From: an uncultured virus (IMG/VR IMGVR_UViG_3300031088_000645)
Lineage: Duplodnaviria; Heunggongvirae; Uroviricota; Caudoviricetes
Reading direction: 5' to 3' (one strand)
Virus record (IMG/VR): IMGVR_UViG_3300031088_000645
Length of the DNA stretch: 64,000 nt
The notes beneath the pieces are model-generated. The model was not told the origin of the DNA. It ran no database searches and saw only the letters and a list, made by a program, of their open reading frames with translations. Of this stretch, positions 49,871-58,206 are shown one piece after another. Both the position numbers and the translations under genes were made by a program. Position 1 is the stretch's first letter. Every line of letters starts with the position of its first letter.

Positions 49871-50350
49871 TCACCGCTGGGATGCTGCTAGTCCCACTAC
49901 CCCACCCACTCCGTAGAGGTTGGGTAAGTCGTCTGGCACACCAGGGAATAGAGGACCGTAATACTCGGGGTTCTTCCTGATGAGGTTGCTCTGGTGCGAA
50001 CGATGGAATTCAGGGTCACCTAGCCACAGCGGTTCAGTGTTGGCTAGCGCTAGCTCTTCGGTTGATGCACCATCGAAGAACTCATCCACGAATGCTTGGG
50101 TCTTACCTAGCACCGTATCCTTGTAGCCTCGTACATCGATCCACTCATGGAGAATAGCCTCCTGATACCTCATGAGTGCTAGTTCATGCCCCTTCCATTG
50201 GAGGGTTGCCGAGTGGTGTGAGTAGCCTTCGTGGTTGGTGGTGAGAGCACGCATGATTACCATTGTTTCGTTTCGCTGATTACCAAGATGAGGGCGGCTG
50301 AGAGCAGCAGCGGATTCCGCAAAGTTGGGGAATGGAAGGAACGTCTGCAT
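49871..50350 (-). CDS. MSMEG_6728-like / pyrimidine-dimer glycosylase superfamily protein
   Basis: MQTFLPFPNF...LGNQRNET...WKGHELAL...PLWLGDPEFHRSHQSNLIRKNPEYY. Confidence 0.8.
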   Translation of the reverse strand: MQTFLPFPNFAESAAALSRPHLGNQRNETMVIMRALTTNHEGYSHHSATLQWKGHELALMRYQEAILHEWIDVRGYKDTVLGKTQAFVDEFFDGASTEELALANTEPLWLGDPEFHRSHQSNLIRKNPEYYGPLFPGVPDDLPNLYGVGGVVGLAASQR

Positions 50351-50483
50351 AGCTATCTCCTGAGGTAGGTAGATAGTGTAGCTACTGTGTTTGGGTGGTC
50401 AAGCAGGTTATGCACTATGCGCACGGAACACACAGAAACGCCCTCCAAGTGATGACCTGGAGGGCGTTTCTGGGTAGCTAAGG

Positions 50484-51224
50484 CTAGATGGACGATCCTC
50501 TGTTAGGGGCTGGGAAGGCTCTCCTAATAACGTCAGGGAGGAAGCCCGATGTGACATCTCTGATGAAGTTCACGGCTTCCTGGGTGTTAGCGTGGTGCGG
50601 ATCATCGTAGAGTCCCATCATGTCTTCGGTGCTGTACTCGATAGGTCTATCGACGACATCGTGGGGTTGAGACTTAGTAGGTACCATGATGGAGAATTCA
50701 TTACCGTCTTCGTTCTCCGGGAGAACTACGCCGTCGTACTTTCCGCGAACAAATCCTTCAAGTACAGCGCGTCTTTCCATCTTGGACTCAGCGAAGTTTT
50801 CATCGATGTTGCCAGCAAGGCTATCGAAGTCCACCTTGTAACCGGCGTAGACTTTGAAGACACCTTCGGTATCTCGCTCAGCGAGCTTGAAGTCAGGGGC
50901 GTGGCGAGGATATGAGAAGTTATCCTTGTTGACATCGAAGCGTACCGAATCACCCTTATCGAGAGACACATAAGCTTCAGTGACATTATTGACGTGGCGA
51001 TTGAGGTAGGGGTACTTTTGCTGAACAATCTCGGCAGTGCCTTCGAGTGTGTAACTGGTGCCGTCCCCAAAGGTTCCGGTCGAGTCATCCTGAATGGGTG
51101 CAGACGCGGCACTGATGGCGACACTACCTGCTCTGGCAGCAGAGCGCCCGTCATCGACTCTCTTATGGACAGTAGTCTGTTTGCCGTTCTTATCAACGAT
51201 GGGCGTAGGGGTTAGGTTACTCAT
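50484..51224 (-). CDS. DKNGK-leader protein, unknown cargo
   Basis: PTPIVDKNGKQTTVHKR; TACAAT-N6-ATG. Confidence 0.7.
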   Translation of the reverse strand: MSNLTPTPIVDKNGKQTTVHKRVDDGRSAARAGSVAISAASAPIQDDSTGTFGDGTSYTLEGTAEIVQQKYPYLNRHVNNVTEAYVSLDKGDSVRFDVNKDNFSYPRHAPDFKLAERDTEGVFKVYAGYKVDFDSLAGNIDENFAESKMERRAVLEGFVRGKYDGVVLPENEDGNEFSIMVPTKSQPHDVVDRPIEYSTEDMMGLYDDPHHANTQEAVNFIRDVTSGFLPDVIRRAFPAPNRGSSI

Positions 51225-51274
51225 GGGTCTATTGTAGTGTGCGGTAGTGACATGGTTCGGCTATTATTGTATCG

Positions 51275-51730
51275 ACTTGACTCCCGCACACGCGGGACCG
51301 TTCCGGGCGCTCTGAAGTAGGTAGTGTTGTAGATGGTTTGACTCCCGCATACGCGGGACCGTTGGTTCTGTTGAATCGAGTATTTCACCAGTTTCGGTTT
51401 GACTCCCGCATACGCGGGACCGTTTTGCACTCCGGACAGAACGGATACTTGGTGAAGGTTTGACTCCCGCATACGCGGGATCGTTACCACACGCCGCCAG
51501 ATTGCCTCGTTCACGTGGGTTTGACTCCCGCATACGCGGGATCGCTCGGTTGATTTACTGAGGCTGCATCACGAGGTTGGTTTGACTCCCGCATACGCGA
51601 GACCGTTACTAACCTTGCTTTCGGGCTTCTTGAAACGCTGGGTTTGACTCCCGCATACGCGGGACCGTTACTCGGCTGGCTAGTGCCTTCGCCCTCTCCG
51701 AGGTTTGACTCCCGCATACGCGAGGTCATA
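51275..51730 (-). CRISPR. CRISPR array 2: 8 repeats (several degenerate), 7 spacers
   Basis: Reverse-complement repeat gtttgactcccgcatacgcgggaccgtt at 51275, 51336, 51397, 51458, 51519, 51580, 51642, 51703. Confidence 0.93.
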
Positions 51731-54700
51731 ACCATAAACCATACTTCCCTTCGAAGTCAACAAGCCCTAACCCTTCTTCGTCGCCATAGACAGCGATTGG
51801 ACTCAACGAAGACACATCAATACAAGTGACGTGTTCAGGAACACCTTCCACTTCAACGATCAATCCATCTAGATCTTTGCTGAGCGAGCCAAGGAATTGC
51901 TGGCTAGCAGAAACCATTTTGGAGGCGACAAGTCTCTTGCTTTGGACATCGATATGGGTAGGCACTACCACCCTCTTATCCTCATCAATGAACCTTTCCC
52001 CATGAGCGTCCTGCCATGTCGGTAAGATGCTCACGCTTTCGCTAAAAAGCCGTGTAGGGGCTGCAAGATACGACCGTGATGTGTAGCCTGAAGTAACCCC
52101 ATCAAGCATAAAGCTTCGACTGTTGGGTGGCATGGAGATAGACGAATTTTCACCCTGGTAAGATTCGTTATTCTCGGCAGCGATGAACTCTCTATAACTG
52201 ACATTTAGTCGCTCATCTGCTCTTTCGTTTCTAGCGTCTTCGGAAACCAGGAAGTGATCTAGAAATAGCCGGGAGGTCTCAGCCTTAGGGTTCCACCATG
52301 AAGGCTGCTCGCTGATTTCTTGGGTCTGTAGCACTACTAGCGTCGAGCGCAATTCCCACTCTGAATAAGGGATGACCGAGTTACCAAACCCTTCGGTATC
52401 TGTGTCCTCATGAATCATGCCTGGGTGAACAATAATGTGAACACGAGGGCGCTTGTCATATGCAACCGCTCGTCTACTGCCTTGATTATGACGATAGACT
52501 CTACCCACCCGCTGTAGCAGCGCAGGAAGAGGCGCTAGCGGGCTAATTAGGACATCAAAATCGATATCCATACTCTGCTGAACGATCTGTGTGGAAACAA
52601 CCACCAGGGGCTTTCTGTCATCCGTTCCGCCCTTACTAGTTCTGCTCACAATTTCAGCAACGAGTTCTTGTTTGCGTTCCATTGCCATACGTGAATGTAG
52701 TAGCACAACATCGGAATCCAGATTGAGAGCCTTCAACTCCCGATAGGTGGCGGTAGCCTGATTGATTGTGTGACACACAACGAGCGTGCTTGCGCCGTTC
52801 TCATCATGTTCTTTCACTAGTGGGATGACTGCATCGAGGAAGCCAGATGACACAGACAGGCTTGTCTCGTACGGCTGGTAATCCTCTTTGGGTAGTGCAT
52901 CTTCGTAGTGAGTAGTAACTCCATCGGAAGAGGCAAAGATCCATCCGGGAGAAGAGATTCCTTCTGAGGGGATAGCGTCGATCAGTGATGCGGGCTTGAT
53001 CTGATTGCCGTCTGGGTAGTAAGCCTCAATGAGCTTCTTCTGAGATGCTCCTGAGAGCGTAGCGCTCATCGCGATAACAGGTATGCCATAGGTACCACAC
53101 CAGGAAACAAAGCGCTTGATTAGCTCGAATGTGTAGGGCGAGAAATCGTGAATCTCATCTATGACCACGGTCTTTCCGCTAAGTGTTAGCCAGCGAAGAG
53201 TGTTGTGTTTGAGCTTGGTTGCGCTGTTGATTAGTTGATCAATGGTGGATACCGAGATTGAACTCATACCACCCAGCTTCTTCTCCACCAAGAAGCTGCT
53301 GATGAACGAACCCGACTGCTTGTCTTTCTTGTCTTCGGCATCATCGTCGAACATCGAGATGTTGTCACTGATGGACTCGGTGACGGCGTTGACCCCGATA
53401 CCGTCGATGGCGTTTGAGAAGGCAGCATTGGCGTGCATAAGGGAAACGCTGTATTGACTACCCTCTTCGAAGACACGCCTTCCGACATCTTTTGCGCGGC
53501 TGAACATAAGGTCGGTTGTGCTCTGCGTGGGCAGCGTGATCCAGAAGCCTGACCCGCCTGCACGGCGGCTAATGGTTGATGCCGCGTAAAGTGATGCTTC
53601 GGTCTTGCCCGAACCCATTGGCGCAGAAATGAAAGTGATTCCCTGACCATCATGGCTATCGAAATACTCAGCTAGTGAGGACTGCAAAGGGTTCGGCGGG
53701 AAGTCAGAGAATACACTTTGGATGGTGAACGATTCATCCCATGTAGCCTTTGCTAGCCCATAGTGCTCGACAAAGGATTCAGCCTTGGATTTGGCTGCTA
53801 TGAAGTGAGAATCGTAGTTGTTGTTGTTAACGGGCATTGCGAGGATGAAGTCTTCGCTTGACGCTATCCAATCCGCCAAAGTGACAATCCCCGAGATAAG
53901 CAGTTGCGCTGTCTGCTGTACAGCGGTAATGACGGACAGTTCTTCTACCGCAACACCAAGCACGCGGAGTATCATCGTCTCGATGCTGCGCTGGTCATCA
54001 ACCCACGGCATGTATTTTCTTTCGTATCCTTCTGGTACGTCTTTCTTGACCGCAAAGGTTCCGTGGTGGCTTCTGGTGATGTGCCCGAGTGCATCGAGAA
54101 GCTTCCGATTTACCTCGCCAGTAAGTATTGAACCTCCATGTATGAAGTACGCCCTACCGTTCTCTTCATGCTTGCGGTAATCGTCGCTCGCTTCTTCGGG
54201 AAGACTTCTACCAGACAACGATGGGTGACCAGTCTTCATCTTTATAGTTCCACGCAACCAGTCGGGAGTAGCCTTTCCAATATCGTGCAGCCCAGCACAC
54301 ACGAGTATGAGATTTCGAACAAGCTCGGGCTTATCCTCGACACCTGCTGAGATCAAACGGCACAGCGAAACCTTCTGCTGATCGGTGATTACTTCATCCC
54401 ACAGAACTGCTGCAACGGCGGCAGTGTCAACTAGGTGTAGCGCTACTGGGTAATCGAACGGCAGTGTCTTTCCTAGTAGGAGTTCCCACCGCTCAGGCTC
54501 AATAGATCTCCTGACGCTTACTGTCAACCCATCGATGTCTGTAATGTACGACGATGCTTTGTCGGATTCAGATACCAGGAATCCTTGCTCGTTCTGAGAT
54601 GTGGGAATAATCAGTGTCACTTTGTGTTCTGGGAAGTCATTGACTAGCTCTTCCCACAACTTCTCTCTTACGCGAGTACTGAGACGACCTACAAACGTCA

Positions 54701-54800
54701 AAGGTGCAACCTCAACAAGGTAGGCAGTAAGCACCCTCCGTAGCGCAGGGGACATGTTTGCGCACACGAATGTGCATGTCTGCGAACTCACTCTTGCCAT
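51726..54800 (-). CDS. cas3: Cas2(I-E)-Cas3 fusion protein
   Basis: aa ~7-98 resemble type I-E Cas2 (PALRRVLTAYLVEVAPLTFVGRLSTRVREKLW...NEQGF...DIDGL); HD domain (LHDIGKA, HHG, LADWIAS); SF2 helicase (APMGSGKTE, DEIH, MSATL, QRVGRVYRH). Confidence 0.9.
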   Translation of the reverse strand: MARVSSQTCTFVCANMSPALRRVLTAYLVEVAPLTFVGRLSTRVREKLWEELVNDFPEHKVTLIIPTSQNEQGFLVSESDKASSYITDIDGLTVSVRRSIEPERWELLLGKTLPFDYPVALHLVDTAAVAAVLWDEVITDQQKVSLCRLISAGVEDKPELVRNLILVCAGLHDIGKATPDWLRGTIKMKTGHPSLSGRSLPEEASDDYRKHEENGRAYFIHGGSILTGEVNRKLLDALGHITRSHHGTFAVKKDVPEGYERKYMPWVDDQRSIETMILRVLGVAVEELSVITAVQQTAQLLISGIVTLADWIASSEDFILAMPVNNNNYDSHFIAAKSKAESFVEHYGLAKATWDESFTIQSVFSDFPPNPLQSSLAEYFDSHDGQGITFISAPMGSGKTEASLYAASTISRRAGGSGFWITLPTQSTTDLMFSRAKDVGRRVFEEGSQYSVSLMHANAAFSNAIDGIGVNAVTESISDNISMFDDDAEDKKDKQSGSFISSFLVEKKLGGMSSISVSTIDQLINSATKLKHNTLRWLTLSGKTVVIDEIHDFSPYTFELIKRFVSWCGTYGIPVIAMSATLSGASQKKLIEAYYPDGNQIKPASLIDAIPSEGISSPGWIFASSDGVTTHYEDALPKEDYQPYETSLSVSSGFLDAVIPLVKEHDENGASTLVVCHTINQATATYRELKALNLDSDVVLLHSRMAMERKQELVAEIVSRTSKGGTDDRKPLVVVSTQIVQQSMDIDFDVLISPLAPLPALLQRVGRVYRHNQGSRRAVAYDKRPRVHIIVHPGMIHEDTDTEGFGNSVIPYSEWELRSTLVVLQTQEISEQPSWWNPKAETSRLFLDHFLVSEDARNERADERLNVSYREFIAAENNESYQGENSSISMPPNSRSFMLDGVTSGYTSRSYLAAPTRLFSESVSILPTWQDAHGERFIDEDKRVVVPTHIDVQSKRLVASKMVSASQQFLGSLSKDLDGLIVEVEGVPEHVTCIDVSSLSPIAVYGDEEGLGLVDFEGKYGLWL

Positions 54801-55720
54801 AGGTTGTTTCCTCCGGAATCAACTTGCTCTGAACCGTTCCACAGGAGCGATGGGGAATCTTCCTCTGTGCCAGTCTCGGTAGCTGTGTCGTCGAATGAAA
54901 GTACGTGGTAGATGTCATCGACTATGCGAGGCATCATCCTAACGCCAGTGAGCTTCTCACGCAACCTAGCCCTCATCTCATTAGGTAATACGCCCTGAGA
55001 GGCTAAGTCAAATGCAAGCGGTATGATCACTTCCTCCTTGTACAGGTCGGCTATATCGAACACGAACGCATTGGCGTTACCATGATGAATTACTCCCAAG
55101 CCAGTAGAAAGTCCAATACTGGTAATGACTGCTGCGCAGAGTCCATACATGACGGCGTTTCCGGATGTCAGCATCTGGTTTACAAGGTCGTTGGAATCAA
55201 AATCAACTTGCTGCACTCTTCGCTCAAAGGAAACACCTGTTCTCTTTGATTCTTGGCGATAAAGTGCTTTGACACGACTACCTTCCAGTCGCATCATCTC
55301 TGAAATGGAGAGGTTTTCGGGTATCTCTTCGTTCCATCTAAGTTCGTACATAAGCCGAGCGGACTGTCGTCGTTTTCTTTGACTGGATACTATTTCTGCT
55401 TGCTTACTTAGGAGTCTAGAGTTCCTCGAAGAGGTTGAGAGAAAGGATGAGTGGACACCTAACCCGCCGCCATTGACGAATGACACATTGCATCCCCATC
55501 GGGATATCTCAAGGGCTGCTGGTTGGGAAATAGTGGTTCCAATACCAAGAAGCAAGGCTGAGAGATTTGCGGCGGGTAAGTCAAAATCCATGCCTGATTT
55601 TCTGAAGATGATGGAGTTCTCTTCCCGCAAGACAGCGCCGTATTCAAGATAGAGGAAGCTGACTCTGTTCTTTGTTGAGGTGATTATCTCGAAAGGTGGC
55701 TTGCCGTGTAATAGACTCAT
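54788..55720 (-). CDS. cas1: Type I-E Cas1
   Basis: RVSFLYLE, LLLGIGTTIS, EGSRVK..Y, GLGVIH, FVFDIADLYK. Confidence 0.93.
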   Translation of the reverse strand: MSLLHGKPPFEIITSTKNRVSFLYLEYGAVLREENSIIFRKSGMDFDLPAANLSALLLGIGTTISQPAALEISRWGCNVSFVNGGGLGVHSSFLSTSSRNSRLLSKQAEIVSSQRKRRQSARLMYELRWNEEIPENLSISEMMRLEGSRVKALYRQESKRTGVSFERRVQQVDFDSNDLVNQMLTSGNAVMYGLCAAVITSIGLSTGLGVIHHGNANAFVFDIADLYKEEVIIPLAFDLASQGVLPNEMRARLREKLTGVRMMPRIVDDIYHVLSFDDTATETGTEEDSPSLLWNGSEQVDSGGNNLWQE

Positions 55721-55797
55721 CAAGCAATTCTACTGGAGGGGTAGTTAAACCTTGTAAGTTTTGGTGTCAATCTTAGGAAAAATGCTGTTCAGCTCCT

Positions 55798-58082
55798 AAC
55801 GGTCCCGCGTATGCGGGAGTCAAACTGTAACCTACTAGCTGTCCGATGACTGGTAGCAAACGGTCCCGCGTATGCGGGAGTCAAACTTCGTCGGTGTTCT
55901 TACCGTTGCTATGCTCGATAACGGTCCCGCGTATGCGGGAGTCAAACCTCAGTGGGGATTCTACAATAGATACATCAAGCAACGGTCCCGCGTATGCGGG
56001 AGTCAAACCACCGCTCACACGCCCTTAACATGGTCGGGGTAAACGGTCCCGCGTATGCGGGAGTCAAACTAGCACCCGTGAGGTGGAATACTACTGACTC
56101 CTAACGGTCCCGCGTATGCGGGAGTCAAACCATGCGCTTTGTCGAGACTGCCCCGAAGACCTAAACGGTCCCGCGTATGCGGGAGTCAAACCGAACTGGT
56201 CGGTAAGACTGACGGTCTAATCGAAACGGTCCCGCGTATGCGGGAGTCAAACCTAAATCTATACCTATGGATGCGCGAAACAAGAAACGGTCCCGCGTAT
56301 GCGGGAGTCAAACCAGTGCTCATGGTGTCGTTGTCTGCCGTAGCAAAACGGTCCCGCGTATGCGGGAGTCAAACCGTTAGGACCAAGGCTGATGAGCAGG
56401 TCGATAAAACGGTCCCGCGTATGCGGGAGTCAAACCCATGAGTAACAAAACAATCACCGTGGCAGCTAAACGGTCCCGAGTATGCGGGAGTCAAACCTCG
56501 CGATCCTTGCAGAATGCAGTAGGCTCAGCAACGGTCCCGCGTATGCGGGAGTCAAACCCAGTTTGCTGCAAGACCATTAGCTTCTAGAAGAACGGTCCCG
56601 CGTATGCGGGAGTCAAACCTTAGATGATGCTACTAAGCATGAACAGTTCCTAACGGTCCCGCGTATGCGGGAGTCAAACCCGATGTGATGGAGCGTGGGA
56701 TGGACACCGCTGAACGGTCCCCCGTATGCGGGAGTCAAACCTTTTCTCAATGAAGATTGATTTCACCGACTTCAACGGTCCCGCGTATGCGGGAGTCAAA
56801 CCGGTGGTCAGTGGAGTAACTCTGCGGGTGCGGGAACGGTCCCGCGTATGCGGGAGTCAAACTATCATTAGACAGAACCGGCTGAGATAGCCATTAACGG
56901 TCCCGCGTATGCGGGAGTCAAACCGTGGGTAAGCTCTGGTGTGCGGTCGATAGCGAAACGGTCCCGCGTATGCGGGAGTCAAACTGTACTACCTCCATGC
57001 ACACAGCGAAGCCTTCTAACGGTCCCGCGTATGCGGGAGTCAAACCGGAGTAACATCACAAGGACTAAAATCGGATGCAACGGTCCCGCGTATGCGGGAG
57101 TCAAACCAAAGTAGCATCCTGTCTGCGAAGTTGGTGAAGAACGGTCCCGCGTATGCGGGAGTCAAACTTGTCAATCTCCTTTTGAAGCTTTTCAGCATTG
57201 AACGGTCCCGCGTATGCGGGAGTCAAACCCTCTATGGTGGATTTGGAGACTGGTGAAATCAAACGGTCCCGCGTATGCGGGAGTCAAACCAAGATGACTT
57301 ACGTCTGCGTCCCTTCCAACCAAACGGTCCCGCGTATGCGGGAGTCAAACCAAAACTGAGGTTGCTCTTAAGGGGTGGGCTAAAACGGTCCCGCGTATGC
57401 GGGAGTCAAACCGGTCATACATTTCAATTAGGGCTGTTATTCCCCACTGTCCCGCGTATGCGGGAGTCAAACCCTCTGTGTACTTTCAGTAGCCAGTGCT
57501 CTGTAAACGGTCCCGCGTATGCGGGAGTCAAACTTCGCCAGCCCAGTGAAGGGTTAGCCTGCTGCCAACGGTCCCGCGTATGCGGGAGTCAAACCTACAA
57601 TAGTGATATTGCCACGGAGCTTGATGTAACGGTCCCGCGTATGCGGGAGTCAAACCCTCATTACAAACTCCTATTACAAAGGAGCCAAAACGGTCCCGCG
57701 TATGCGGGAGTCAAACCTGGATGCAGCAGTTCGTTGGTACCGACAAGATAACGGTCCCGCGTATGCGGGAGTCAAACCACATCAAGCTCTACGATTCGAC
57801 GGTTCATCAGAACGGTCCCGCGTATGCGGGAGTCAAACTGTCATCTGGTTCCACCTGTACTCGCTCATCCAAACGGTCCAGCGTATGCGGGAGTCAAACC
57901 GCCGTGGCTACCTCTCGAATCCTGGGGCACGCAACGGTCCCGCGTATGCGGGAGTTGAACTAACGCTCAATTATTTTCTGTTACTCTAAGCAGAATGGTC
58001 CTGCGTGTGCGGGAGTCAAACCATCGCCACCAAAGAGGGTTTCGGTTTCGTAACAACGGTCCCGCGTATGCGGGAGTCAAAC
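55798..58082 (+). CRISPR. CRISPR array 1: 38 repeats, 37 spacers
   Basis: Repeat AACGGTCCCGCGTATGCGGGAGTCAAAC (28 nt, always followed by C or T) at an exact 61-nt period from 55798 to 58055; hairpin TCCCGC-GTAT-GCGGGA. Confidence 0.98.
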
Positions 58083-58206
58083 CTGAGCAAAAGATCCGTA
58101 ATCCTCTGAGAACCAGACTATTTCAAATATAGTAATCCACTCCTTGCGGGCAAACCAATTTGTACGGTTTTTTGCTTTTTAGGCATTTCGCCCCTATACT
58201 CGAAAC

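Noticed and set aside
10595..51224. DKNGK leader as a DNA repeat, mobile cassette or EF-hand
   Set aside because: Codons vary synonymously, there are no flanking inverted repeats, and the EF-hand helices and position-12 Glu are missing
51221..51735. Short ORFs over array 2
   Set aside because: Same CRISPR repeat artefact
55846..57989. ORFs with repeating VPRMRESN / NGPAYAGVK / RSRVCGSQT peptides
   Set aside because: Translations of CRISPR repeats in three frames
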